A stretch of 64,000 bases of DNA from Candidatus Hadarchaeales archaeon (GTDB lineage Archaea > Hadarchaeota > Hadarchaeia > Hadarchaeales > Hadarchaeaceae), in contig JAWBCC010000001.1 of the NCBI GenBank assembly GCA_038823825.1, positions 5,842 through 69,841 of the forward strand. The letters are read 5' to 3'. The notes under the pieces are model-generated. The model had not been told where the DNA came from and searched no databases. It worked only from the letters and a program-made list of their open reading frames with translations. Shown piece after piece: positions 18,614 through 28,533 of this stretch (positions are counted from its first letter, which is position 1; each line of letters begins with the position of its first letter). A program made the position numbers and the translations under genes.

Positions 18614-19483
18614 TTGGCTGTAATAATGGATGGCAAGGCACTTGCTGAAGAAATAAAAAAACAAATCGCTCGGGAAGTTGAAAAACTGAAAATTGAAGGA
18701 CTCCGTCCATCTCTTGCTGTTGTTATGGTGGGAAAAGATCCTTCCTCGCAGGTGTATGTTGGGGGAAAGGAAAGGGACTGTAAAGCCGTTGGCATAAATT
18801 TCAGGCTCCATCAACTTCCTGAAGACTCAAGTTCGAATGAAGTTGTTCAACTAGTTGAGAATCTAAATGCCGCGGACGTGCAGGGGATAATAGTACAACT
18901 TCCTCTTCCTCCACAAATAGACAAGCGCAGAGTTATCTCGGCTATCGATCCAGCAAAGGATGTGGACGGTATTCATCCCGAGAACGTTGGTAAACTCTGG
19001 CTTGGTGATTATTCTCTCCAGAATTCGCTCCTTCCCTGCACACCGAAGGGAATTCTCAGGCTTCTAGATCGTTACAATCTCTCAATAGAAGGAAAGCTGG
19101 TTGTAATAATCAACCGGAGCGATCTGGTTGGAAAACCTCTAGCAAAAATGATGCTCGATAGGAATGCGACGGTTGTAATTTGCCATTCTAAAACAAGAAA
19201 TCTATCAGAGAGGACAAAGGAGGCGGATGTTTTGGTTTCTGGTGTCGGCCGTGCCCCATCATTCAGGATAGGAAAAGAAATGGTCAAAGAAGGAACAGTT
19301 GTAATTGATGTTGGAATTTCCTTTGTCGAGGGTAAGATGGTTGGAGACGTTGATTTTGAATCCGTAAAAGATATAGCTTCTTACATAACTCCAGTACCCG
19401 GTGGTGTTGGTCCAATGACTCGTGCAATGCTTTTGGAAAATGTTTTGATAGCCACCAATCTTCAGAGGGAAAGGAATGTTTAA
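18614..19483 (+). CDS. folD: bifunctional methylenetetrahydrofolate dehydrogenase/methenyl-THF cyclohydrolase
   Basis: FolD length and motifs (PVPGGVGPMT). Confidence 0.85.
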   Translation: MAVIMDGKALAEEIKKQIAREVEKLKIEGLRPSLAVVMVGKDPSSQVYVGGKERDCKAVGINFRLHQLPEDSSSNEVVQLVENLNAADVQGIIVQLPLPPQIDKRRVISAIDPAKDVDGIHPENVGKLWLGDYSLQNSLLPCTPKGILRLLDRYNLSIEGKLVVIINRSDLVGKPLAKMMLDRNATVVICHSKTRNLSERTKEADVLVSGVGRAPSFRIGKEMVKEGTVVIDVGISFVEGKMVGDVDFESVKDIASYITPVPGGVGPMTRAMLLENVLIATNLQRERNV

Positions 19484-20060
19484 TGTTAGAGATCTCCGTG
19501 AAAAAAAGAAAGCGGAAAGGGAAGCTCTGACTTTTGAGGAGGTTTTGGAAAAGAGCAGGAAAATAAAAGAGAAGCTGTTTTCTCTTCCGGAGTTCAAAAG
19601 CGCAAAAACAGTGGCCTTTTATGTGGCAAAAGAAGAAGCGAAAGAAGTCAGAACGCAGGAAATGATTGTTGAAACCTTGGAGCTCGGGAAAAAAGTTTTG
19701 GTTCCGTTTGTTGTAGGAAACGAAATCGAATTTACGGAGATTTCTGGGCTTTGCGATCTTCAGCCCGGAACATTCGGCATTCTGGAACCACGCATAGAAA
19801 TTCGTAAGAAAATCCCTCTTGAACAAATAGAACTTGTTGTAGTTCCAGGAATTGCTTTTGACCTAAAGGGACGGAGAATTGGATATGGAAAAGGATTTTA
19901 CGATAGATTTCTCAGCAGACTTTTTTCCGTGAATCCAAATGTGTGCGTTGTTAGTCTTGCATTCGAGATGCAGCTGGTTGAAAACATACCCAATCAGAAA
20001 TCTGCGGATGTTCCGGTGAAAATATTGATAACTGAGGAAAGAATTCTGAGATTTGGGTGA
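19476..20060 (+). CDS. 5-formyltetrahydrofolate cyclo-ligase
   Basis: MTHFS family length and motifs (VVPGIAFD...GYGKGFYDR). Confidence 0.7.
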   Translation: MFNVRDLREKKKAEREALTFEEVLEKSRKIKEKLFSLPEFKSAKTVAFYVAKEEAKEVRTQEMIVETLELGKKVLVPFVVGNEIEFTEISGLCDLQPGTFGILEPRIEIRKKIPLEQIELVVVPGIAFDLKGRRIGYGKGFYDRFLSRLFSVNPNVCVVSLAFEMQLVENIPNQKSADVPVKILITEERILRFG

Positions 20061-21202
20061 ATCTGTTGACCTCAAAATACAGACAAGTTGGCGTAGATGT
20101 CAAAAAATCAGGCATAGAAGTTTTTAAGAAGCATATAAAGTCGATCCACGAAAAGTCATTCTGTTCTGTCTTCAAAAATCCTCTTGATTCTTCAACTGGT
20201 TTGGTTTTCCATACCGATGGAGCCGGTAGTAAACCGGTTCAGGCTTATCTTCATTGGGCAGAGACAAGAGATAAAAGATGGTTTGAGGGACTCGCGCAGG
20301 ACGTAGTCGCGATGAACATCGATGACATTGTTTGTGTCGGTGCGATTCCGATTTCTTTAGTCGATTACATTGCACTGAACCCACGTATTGTTCCGAAAAA
20401 AGAGATCTTGGAATCTTTGGCAAGAGGCTTTGAGAAGACTCTCTCTCTTCTCAAAAAGTTTGGGATATCTATAATATTTGCTGGCGGCGAAACCGCTGAG
20501 CTTCCCGATCAGCTGATGACACTCGATGTGTCTGGCGCCGTAGTGGGTATCATAGAACTTTCAAAAATCATCAGCGGAGAAAACATAAAAGCTGGTGATA
20601 TCATTGTTGGTATCAGGAGTGGTGGGAGAGCAAAGTACGAGAATAGAGAGAATAGCGGGATCATGTGTAATGGTATAACACTGGCTAGACACTGCTTGAT
20701 GAAGCCGGAATATTCTAAAAAGCGTCCGGAAATCGGAAGTGGATATTTCGGAAGATTTTCCTTTGATGACTATCTTGAGGAACTGAATATGACGGTGGGC
20801 GAGGCTATTCTTTCTCCCACCAGGATTTTCACACCAATTGTCTTCAAGATTCTTAAACAATGTGGAGGGATATCCGGACTTGTTCATAACACTGGAGGCG
20901 GTCTGACAAAATGTTTGAGACTGGGGAAAAACATTCTCTACGTGAAGGAAAATCTACCCGAACCAGATCCCATTTTTAAGCTCATTCAGAAGGAGGGTAG
21001 AGTCAGTTGGAACGAAATGTTTGAAGTTTTTAACATGGGGATAGGATTTGAAGTCATTGTCAAGAAAGAAGAAGTAGACAACGTAATTTCAATCGCAGAA
21101 AAATTCGGAGTTCAAGCCATGGTCATCGGTTATTGCGATCGCAGCAAAAGGGGCAACAGAGTGATTATTAAAAGCATGTTTGGAAAGTTTGAGTACGGGT
21201 AG
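20057..21202 (+). CDS. purM: phosphoribosylformylglycinamidine cyclo-ligase (AIR synthase)
   Basis: AIRS N- and C-domains (TDGAGSK..., HNTGGG). Confidence 0.8.
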   Translation: MNLLTSKYRQVGVDVKKSGIEVFKKHIKSIHEKSFCSVFKNPLDSSTGLVFHTDGAGSKPVQAYLHWAETRDKRWFEGLAQDVVAMNIDDIVCVGAIPISLVDYIALNPRIVPKKEILESLARGFEKTLSLLKKFGISIIFAGGETAELPDQLMTLDVSGAVVGIIELSKIISGENIKAGDIIVGIRSGGRAKYENRENSGIMCNGITLARHCLMKPEYSKKRPEIGSGYFGRFSFDDYLEELNMTVGEAILSPTRIFTPIVFKILKQCGGISGLVHNTGGGLTKCLRLGKNILYVKENLPEPDPIFKLIQKEGRVSWNEMFEVFNMGIGFEVIVKKEEVDNVISIAEKFGVQAMVIGYCDRSKRGNRVIIKSMFGKFEYG

Positions 21203-21204
21203 CC

Positions 21205-21492
21205 TTGAAGAAATTTCGTGCGAGAGTGGAGGTAAAATTAAAGCCAGCTTACCTCGACCCCGAGGGGGCAACAGCAGAGAGATCTCTAAAAGATCTGGGT
21301 TTCAAGGTTGAGAAGGTGCGAGTGGCGAAAGTGTATGAAATGGAGATCTATGCTTTATCAAGGGAGGATGCGGAGAAGAAAGTCGACGAGATGTGTAGAA
21401 AATTGCTTTCCAATCCGGTCAAGGATGATTATGTTTTTGAGGTGAAAGAAGAAAATGGAGCAACTTTACAAAAGAAAAAATCTTCCTGTTGA
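21205..21492 (+). CDS. purS: phosphoribosylformylglycinamidine synthase subunit PurS
   Basis: About 85-aa PurS fold, immediately upstream of purL/purQ. Confidence 0.8.
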   Translation: MKKFRARVEVKLKPAYLDPEGATAERSLKDLGFKVEKVRVAKVYEMEIYALSREDAEKKVDEMCRKLLSNPVKDDYVFEVKEENGATLQKKKSSC

Positions 21493-23809
21493 AGTTTTTG
21501 AGGTAAACATACTCGCCGCGAGCGACGAAAATCTTTTGCGCATCAGCAGGGAACTTGGTCTTTCATTAAATCTTCAAGAGATGAAAGCTTGCAAGAGGTA
21601 TTTTCAAAAAATCAGAAGAAATCCGACGGACATAGAACTACAAACAATTGGTCAAACGTGGTCAGAGCACTGTTTTCACAAAACTTTTAAAGGCACGGTT
21701 ATCTTCAAAGGTAAAAAGTTCAGACTTTTTAAAGATTTCATTCGCAAAGCCACAGAAGAATTGGCTCCAGAATGGTGTATCTCTGTATTTGAAGATAACG
21801 CTGGAATAGTAGACTTTGAAAATGGTTATGGGATTGCGGTAAAGGTTGAAACGCACAATCACCCCTCTGCTGTGGAACCGTTTGGTGGTGCTGCAACCGG
21901 TATCGGCGGAGTGATAAGAGACATTCTCGGTGTTTGGGCGGAACCGATCGCAAATATCGATGTGTTGGGATTTGGTCCTTTAGACGTGAGTTATTCGATT
22001 TTGCCTCCGGGAATGAAACATCCGAAGTATATTTTTTCAGGTGTTGTAGCGGGAATAGGTTGTTACGGAAATAATATGGGAATCCCAACTGTTGCTGGCG
22101 CCGTATATTTTGACGAAAGCTACATTGGGAATCCAGTTGTTTACTGTGGTTGTGTAGGTTTGCTTCCTCTTGATAAATGCGTGAAGAACACGCGGCCGGG
22201 AGACTTCGCTGTTTTAGCTGGTGGGAGAACTGGAAGAGATGGAATTCATGGAGTTACTTTTGCATCTGAGGAATTGCGTGGAGATCTTGAGGCCTTGAGA
22301 AGCGCGGTTCAAATTCCAGACCCAATAGAAGAGGAGAAGTTACGAAGGGCAATTTTAAGAATTCGGGATGAAAAGCTCGCATCCGCAATAACCGACCTAG
22401 GTGGAGGTGGACTTTCCTGTGCAGCTTCCGAGATGGCGAACAGGGCCAATTGTGGCGTTGAAATTTGGTTGGAAAAAGTTCCATTGAAACATGCTGGAAT
22501 GGCTCCATGGGAGATATGGATTTCAGAATCTCAGGAAAGGATGTTACTCTCAGTTCCCAAGAAAAATTTGCGGAGGGTTCTTCAGATATTCGAAGAAGAA
22601 GAGGTGGAAGCAACACCGGTGGGAGTTTTCAATAATAAAAAGTCCGTCGAAGTTTTCTGGAAAAAGATTAGAATTCTTGATCTTAAATTAGATTTTCTCT
22701 TTTCTCCACCGCTCCCGGTTAGAGTAGCTAGGATATCTACATGTGGAGAGCCAGAACCGAAAATTTCAGACGGAAAAGAGGAAACACTTCTTTTGCGACT
22801 TCTTTCTTCTCCAAATATCTGCAGTCGCGAAGACATCATAAGAACGTATGATCATGAAGTCCAAGGAAGAAGTGTGCTGAAACCCCTTCAAGGTAAACAT
22901 TCCGGACCAAACGACGCGGCAGTTCTTCGTCCACTACCGGATTCTTGGAAAGGTGTAGTGATATCATGCGGACTGAAGCCAAGATATGGAAAGATAGATC
23001 CTTATTGGATGGCGGCATCTTCAATCGAGGAAGCCATAAGGAATAACATCGCTGTTGGTGGAGAAAGACAAGCTATCTTGGACAACTTTACGTGGGGGAA
23101 TCCGGAAAAGCCAGAACAGCTTGGTGCTTTGCTCAGCGCCTGCAAAGCCTGTTATGATTTTGCCAAGGTATTTGGTGTGCCATTCATTTCTGGGAAGGAC
23201 AGTCTTTATAACGAATCTGAGCTCGATCCTGTGACACCGACGCTTCTGATAACAGCTGTTGGAATAATTCGAGATATTAAGAAGGCGGTTTCTCTGGACC
23301 TTAAGGAAGTAGGAGATCCGTTGTATATTTTGGGCCGCACGTACAATGAGCTTGGCGGATCTGAGCTTTTGGCTATTTTTGGAAAATTAGGGTCAAACGT
23401 TCCCCGAGTCAGGCCAAAAGAGTCCAAAAAAGTGATGAAGTCTGTTCAAAGAGCGATTGATAGTGAATGCGTAAAAGCTTGCCATGATCTCTCGGAGGGA
23501 GGGTTGGCTGTGGCGCTCGCTGAAATGGTGATCTCTAGCGATTTTGGAGCCTCTATGGATTTATCAGAAGTGCCCACTCAAACAAAATTATCCAACACTT
23601 CTCTTTTATTCTCGGAGTCTAATGGAAGATTTCTCGTAGAAGTTGCCAAAGAAAGAGAAAAAGAGTTTGAGAGCTTAGTCAAAGGAGACTTCGCGAAGAT
23701 AGGCGTAGTTTGTAAGAAGAGATCTTTGGAGATCCGGCGTGATGGAAAAACAATAATATGTCTTTCTTCGGAGAAGTTGCGTTCAGCTTGGAAAAAGAGA
23801 CTATGGTGA
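21455..23809 (+). CDS. purL: phosphoribosylformylglycinamidine synthase II
   Basis: Two AIRS-like repeats, 784 aa. Confidence 0.85.
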   Translation: MEQLYKRKNLPVEVFEVNILAASDENLLRISRELGLSLNLQEMKACKRYFQKIRRNPTDIELQTIGQTWSEHCFHKTFKGTVIFKGKKFRLFKDFIRKATEELAPEWCISVFEDNAGIVDFENGYGIAVKVETHNHPSAVEPFGGAATGIGGVIRDILGVWAEPIANIDVLGFGPLDVSYSILPPGMKHPKYIFSGVVAGIGCYGNNMGIPTVAGAVYFDESYIGNPVVYCGCVGLLPLDKCVKNTRPGDFAVLAGGRTGRDGIHGVTFASEELRGDLEALRSAVQIPDPIEEEKLRRAILRIRDEKLASAITDLGGGGLSCAASEMANRANCGVEIWLEKVPLKHAGMAPWEIWISESQERMLLSVPKKNLRRVLQIFEEEEVEATPVGVFNNKKSVEVFWKKIRILDLKLDFLFSPPLPVRVARISTCGEPEPKISDGKEETLLLRLLSSPNICSREDIIRTYDHEVQGRSVLKPLQGKHSGPNDAAVLRPLPDSWKGVVISCGLKPRYGKIDPYWMAASSIEEAIRNNIAVGGERQAILDNFTWGNPEKPEQLGALLSACKACYDFAKVFGVPFISGKDSLYNESELDPVTPTLLITAVGIIRDIKKAVSLDLKEVGDPLYILGRTYNELGGSELLAIFGKLGSNVPRVRPKESKKVMKSVQRAIDSECVKACHDLSEGGLAVALAEMVISSDFGASMDLSEVPTQTKLSNTSLLFSESNGRFLVEVAKEREKEFESLVKGDFAKIGVVCKKRSLEIRRDGKTIICLSSEKLRSAWKKRLW

Positions 23810-23815
23810 TTTAAA

Positions 23816-24604
23816 ATGAAAAATGTTTGTGTAATCCGGACCAGGGGGACGAACTGCGATTGGGAAACGGCGCTGGCGTTAAAAAATGTGGGCCTACTGG
23901 CAGAAATAGTTCATCTACGCAAACTCGATGGTTTCAAACTCAGAAAGTACGATGCACTGGTTATTCCAGGAGGTTTTTCGTATGGAGACCACATACGGGC
24001 GGGAGCAGTGATGGCTAAACGTTTGCTGGCTCGTTTGCGAAAAGAACTTGTAAAATTTGTGGAAGAGGGCAAGCCAATTCTAGGCATATGCAACGGATTT
24101 CAAGTATTGGTCGAAGGTGGTCTGCTTCCGGCTTTTGAGGGACCGAGCGAAGAACCACAAGCTGCTTTAGCCGTGAACAATTCCTGTAGGTACGAATGCA
24201 GATGGGTCTATCTAAGAGTGGAAAAAAGCAAATGCATTTTCATGAGCAAAGTTGATAAAAAAACTCTCTTTCTTCCGGTCGCGCACGCGGAAGGAAAATT
24301 CATTTTCGATCTAAATAGACAAGACGAGGATATTAAGAAGCTCGTGCAAAACAAGCAATTGGTCTTACGATATGCCGATGAGAGCGGTCGACCGGCGCAG
24401 GGAAGATATCCACATAATCCTAACGGGTCTATTTTCGATATCGCTGGAGTTTGCGATCCATCTGGAGTGGTATTTGGTTTGATGCCACATCCTGAAAGGG
24501 CTTTTTACTGGTTCCACAGACCGGACTGGACGGCTTCAAAAGATGAGGAATGGGCCGATGGGCGTCTGATTTTCGAATCTCTTGCGGATTATCTCAGGAG
24601 GTGA
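23816..24604 (+). CDS. purQ: phosphoribosylformylglycinamidine synthase I (glutaminase)
   Basis: Class I glutamine amidotransferase with Cys nucleophile (GICNGFQ) and HPE motif. Confidence 0.85.
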   Translation: MKNVCVIRTRGTNCDWETALALKNVGLLAEIVHLRKLDGFKLRKYDALVIPGGFSYGDHIRAGAVMAKRLLARLRKELVKFVEEGKPILGICNGFQVLVEGGLLPAFEGPSEEPQAALAVNNSCRYECRWVYLRVEKSKCIFMSKVDKKTLFLPVAHAEGKFIFDLNRQDEDIKKLVQNKQLVLRYADESGRPAQGRYPHNPNGSIFDIAGVCDPSGVVFGLMPHPERAFYWFHRPDWTASKDEEWADGRLIFESLADYLRR

Positions 24605-25755
24605 GTTCTCTGCCTTTAAATGTTAGCAAAATCAGGCGGGATTTTCCCATTTTGTCTTCCGGAAAGATATATCTTGATAGCGCGGCAAGTAGCTTAACAC
24701 CTGAACCCGTAATAAGAAAAGTTTTGGAGTTTTACAGAGAGTACAGAGCCAACGTCGGGCGTGGTGTTTATTCTTGGTCAGCAGAAGCTACAGACGAATA
24801 TGAGAGAGCCAGAAAAGAGGTAGCAAAATTAATAAATGCTAAAGATGCAAGCGAGATAATCTTTACTAAAAACACAACCGAAGGCATAAACACGGTTGCT
24901 CACGGACTAGAATGGAAAAGCGGTGACAAGATAGTTACCACAATTGTTGAGCATCATTCAAATTTTATCCCTTGGTTAAGAATAACCAAAAAATTGAGCT
25001 TAAAGATTGAGATAGTTAAATCCGATGGCGCTGGCAGGTTTGAAATAACCGATTTTGAAAAAGCAATCGATGAACGTACGAAATTAATCGCGATTTCCCA
25101 TGCTTCAAATGTTCTTGGAACAGTCTTGCCGGTAAAGGAAGTTACGAAAATCGCGCATGAACGAGGAGCAAAAATTCTAATCGACGGCGCCCAATCTGTG
25201 CCGCACATGCCTGTAGATGTCTCCGAAATAGGTTGTGATTTTCTAGCGTTTTCTGGCCATAAGATGTTGGCTCCAACTGGCATTGGAGTTTTATATGTTA
25301 ACAGTGATAGCTCCGATGTTTTGGAGCCTTTAGCTGTAGGAGGAGGGACAGTCGATCATGTTTCAATATCGGACTTCAGTTTAACGAGATCGCCCGACCG
25401 GTTCGAGGCAGGAACACCACCAATTGCTCAAGCTATCGGGCTTGGAGAGGCGGCCAAATATTTGCGAAGACTTGATATGGAGGACATCGCTGTTCATGAA
25501 CGTAAACTGACCGAGAAAATCATTTCCGGTCTTTCAGAAATCGAGGACACAGAAATTTACGGACCACTGACTTGTGATGATATAATAGGAATTGTCGCAT
25601 TCAATGTTCGGGATTTAGATCCAAACGGAGTGGCAGAAATTCTCGATGAAAAAGGAGGAATAATGGTCAGATCAGGTCATCACTGTGCGATGCCACTTCA
25701 TGTCGAGCTTCTCAGAAGACCACTGGGAAGCGTCAGAGCTTCTGTTTATATATAA
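24601..25755 (+). CDS. SufS/NifS-like cysteine desulfurase. GTG start overlaps the purQ stop. The C-terminal about 22 aa are displaced into the +1 frame (to 25819) by an apparent frameshift in a TATATATA run.
   Basis: Class-V aminotransferase fold. PLP-Lys motif SGHKML and catalytic Cys loop RSGHHCAMPL. After ...RASVYI-stop, the +1 frame reads YNTAREIDKLIEMIERIAKMKS, the expected SufS C-terminus. Confidence 0.75.
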   Translation: MSSLPLNVSKIRRDFPILSSGKIYLDSAASSLTPEPVIRKVLEFYREYRANVGRGVYSWSAEATDEYERARKEVAKLINAKDASEIIFTKNTTEGINTVAHGLEWKSGDKIVTTIVEHHSNFIPWLRITKKLSLKIEIVKSDGAGRFEITDFEKAIDERTKLIAISHASNVLGTVLPVKEVTKIAHERGAKILIDGAQSVPHMPVDVSEIGCDFLAFSGHKMLAPTGIGVLYVNSDSSDVLEPLAVGGGTVDHVSISDFSLTRSPDRFEAGTPPIAQAIGLGEAAKYLRRLDMEDIAVHERKLTEKIISGLSEIEDTEIYGPLTCDDIIGIVAFNVRDLDPNGVAEILDEKGGIMVRSGHHCAMPLHVELLRRPLGSVRASVYI

Positions 25756-25848
25756 CACTGCTAGAGAAATCGATAAATTAATCGAAATGATCGAAAGAAT
25801 CGCAAAGATGAAATCCTGAGGTTTCTTTATAACTTACTAGTCTGAAAT

Positions 25849-27084
25849 TTGACTGGAGATCTGGAGGGCGAGAAAATCCCAGATATACCGAGGGAAAAGC
25901 TCGAGAAGTATCTTCATCTGAGGCGGGAATTTAGGGAAGAGAGATATATAAACCTCAATCCGCTTCAGCGTGGAGGAATTCTGACACAAGCTGCCAGAGA
26001 GGCACTACTTGAATTTGGTGATGGTTACTCTGTTTGTGACTGGTGTCCTCCAAAAATGGCTAGATTAGATAAAATCGGGACCCCGCCGATAGCAGATTTC
26101 TATGCAGATTTGGCCGAATTTCTTGGCATGGATGTCGCAAGAGTTGTGACTAGATGCAGAGAAGCGAAATTCATAGCTTTCAGGATGCTCGGTGAGCCGG
26201 GAGATTATGTTGTAATAGACAGCCTCGCACACTACTCGACGTACATCGCCGCAGAGTTGGCTAGACTTAAAGTTAAAGAGGTTCCGAATAGTGGATACCC
26301 AGAGTTTCGGCTCAACTTGGATGCCTATGCCGAAAAAATAGAAGAAGTGAAGAAAGAGATAGGAAAGCCACCGGCGTTGGTTCTTCTTACACATGTCGAT
26401 TATCTCTATGGAAACCTGAATGATGCGGAGAAAGTTGCGAAGATCGCCCATGAATATAATGTTCCGGTTCTTCTGAATGCCGCATATACAGCGGGCGTAA
26501 TGCCGGTTGATGGAAAAAGGCTAGGTGTGGATATAATCACTGGAAGCGGTCACAAATCTTGGGCTGCGAGCGCCCCGACCGGAATTTTAGCAATGACGGA
26601 AGAGATAGCCGAGCGGATCTTGGCACCCTCCAAAATCCGGGGAGATTTGACCGGCAGGACTTTTGGTGTAAAAGAGTACGCATTGCTCGGTTGCACAGTA
26701 ATGGGCGCACCATTGATCTCTCTTATGGCATCTTTTCCTTACGTCGTCGAGAGAGTCAAGCGATGGCCAGAAGAAGTCGAGAAAACGAGATGGTTGGTTG
26801 ATCAGCTTGAAAAGATAGAAGGAACCAAACAACTCGGTGTGAAACCGAAGGAGCATACACTAGTCCACATCGAGTCAGAGGGATTTTTCAAAGTATCACA
26901 AACTCATAAACGTCGTGGCTACTTCCTTTATGACGAACTAAGGGAAAGGGGAATAGTCGGAATTCAACCCGGGTTAACCAAGCATTTCAAACTCAACACA
27001 TATGGTCTTGATTGGGAAAAGATAAAAAAGGTAGGAGAAGCTTTCTTGGAGATAGCTGAGAAATATGAACTAAAGATAGGATAA
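25849..27084 (+). CDS. sepCysS: O-phospho-L-seryl-tRNA:Cys-tRNA synthase
   Basis: Strong similarity in recall to archaeal SepCysS: GDGYSVCDWCPP, PLP-Lys in GSGHKSWAAS, LMASFPYVVERVKRW, GLTKHFKLNTYGL. Confidence 0.75.
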   Translation: MTGDLEGEKIPDIPREKLEKYLHLRREFREERYINLNPLQRGGILTQAAREALLEFGDGYSVCDWCPPKMARLDKIGTPPIADFYADLAEFLGMDVARVVTRCREAKFIAFRMLGEPGDYVVIDSLAHYSTYIAAELARLKVKEVPNSGYPEFRLNLDAYAEKIEEVKKEIGKPPALVLLTHVDYLYGNLNDAEKVAKIAHEYNVPVLLNAAYTAGVMPVDGKRLGVDIITGSGHKSWAASAPTGILAMTEEIAERILAPSKIRGDLTGRTFGVKEYALLGCTVMGAPLISLMASFPYVVERVKRWPEEVEKTRWLVDQLEKIEGTKQLGVKPKEHTLVHIESEGFFKVSQTHKRRGYFLYDELRERGIVGIQPGLTKHFKLNTYGLDWEKIKKVGEAFLEIAEKYELKIG

Positions 27085-27085
27085 C

Positions 27086-27997
27086 CTACTGTTTTAATCG
27101 CTGTAGATACTCATAGGCTGAAATTGATGCTTTTGCTCCTTCTCCAGCCGCAACTACGATTTGTTTTTGTGGGACATTCGTCACATCTCCAGCCGCAAAC
27201 AACCCATCCACATTTGTACGACATCTTGCATCAACTATTATCTCTCCTTTTTCGTTCAGTTCTACCAAATGGCGTACAATGTCTGAGTTTGGGATTTGTC
27301 CTATTTCGATGAAGACCCCATCCACTGGTAATGTGAACTTCTTTCCTTCTCTTTCGACAACAATCTCTTTTACAAATCTATTTCCCAATATCTCCAGTAC
27401 TTTTGTGTTTGTCAATATCGCGACCTTGTCGCTTTGTATAACTTTCTCTTTCATTATTTTGTCGCCCTTTAACTCAGAGGAAATTTCTATTAGATATATT
27501 TGTCTAGCGATTCTCGTAAGTTGCAAAGTCGCATCAAGTCCAGCATTTCCTCCTCCGATCACAGCCACATTTTTGTTCATAAATAAAGGAGCATCACATG
27601 TCGCACAATATGTGACCCCACGATTTTTAAATTCGTCCTCACCAGGCACACCTAGTTTCTTAGGTTCGGTCCCGGTGGCGACTATCACAGATCTGCTTTT
27701 GTACCGACCCCTCGTGGTTTGAACTTCAAAACCTTCGGGGATTTTTTCAATATGTTTGGCCTCTTCGAAAAGAATTGTGATGTTGAAAGCACGGACATGT
27801 TCTTCAAATTTTTGGGCTAGCTCAGATCCGGTTATGAACTGATATCCAGTATAATTTTCTATGTTTGCACTCCAAGCAGCTTTGCCTCCTATGTCTTTTG
27901 TTATTAAAACAAAATTTACTCTTTTTCTCGCAGAGTAAATGGCTGCAGTTATTCCCGCCGGACCGCCACCAACTATAATAAGTTCGTATATCGTCAT
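27086..27997 (-). CDS. trxB: thioredoxin-disulfide reductase
   Basis: FAD motif GGGPAG, redox CATCD motif, second Rossmann GGGNAG. Confidence 0.8.
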   Translation of the reverse strand: MTIYELIIVGGGPAGITAAIYSARKRVNFVLITKDIGGKAAWSANIENYTGYQFITGSELAQKFEEHVRAFNITILFEEAKHIEKIPEGFEVQTTRGRYKSRSVIVATGTEPKKLGVPGEDEFKNRGVTYCATCDAPLFMNKNVAVIGGGNAGLDATLQLTRIARQIYLIEISSELKGDKIMKEKVIQSDKVAILTNTKVLEILGNRFVKEIVVEREGKKFTLPVDGVFIEIGQIPNSDIVRHLVELNEKGEIIVDARCRTNVDGLFAAGDVTNVPQKQIVVAAGEGAKASISAYEYLQRLKQ

Positions 27998-28074
27998 ACA
28001 TCACCCGCCCTCGATTTTTGTTCCTTTGTTCGGCGCATGTCCGCATCCACACAACTTTATCTCAGATAAACCGT

Positions 28075-28452
28075 TTAGCTAGATCCCCAAAGACCGTGGA
28101 TGTTACAGTATTCCCTCGATTTTACCTGTTCTTCTTGTACTGGAAAGAAAGCTTCTGGAGCATCGCCAGGCTTAAGGAATTTTCTGTACGATCCTCTATC
28201 TGTAACGAGCTCTATCCATTCTATGTAGTGTTTTTCTTCCATCGGATGGGGTATCGAGCCCACTTTGACTATTACCCCACCTTTAACCCTTTCGATTATC
28301 GGGACATGCTTTTCCTTGCCGACATCTACGGTTTTTTCCTGCAAGAGCTCCATCGGTTGTCCGCAACAAACAAGCTGTCCAGCACCAGCGTGAAGCACGG
28401 TCACAATGTTTCCACAGATTTTGCATCTGTATACTTGGCTAATTTCAGTCAT
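28075..28452 (-). CDS. dfx: desulfoferrodoxin (2Fe superoxide reductase)
   Basis: N-terminal desulforedoxin CxxC...CC and C-terminal neelaredoxin centre (KHVPII, H...H, CNIHGLW). Confidence 0.8.
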   Translation of the reverse strand: MTEISQVYRCKICGNIVTVLHAGAGQLVCCGQPMELLQEKTVDVGKEKHVPIIERVKGGVIVKVGSIPHPMEEKHYIEWIELVTDRGSYRKFLKPGDAPEAFFPVQEEQVKSREYCNIHGLWGSS

Positions 28453-28533
28453 TTCATCAAAGTACTTCCATGAGCAGCGTTTATATAGATAACGGAGCTT
28501 TACCTGTTAATAGCTCGAAAAGCGAGCTTATAG

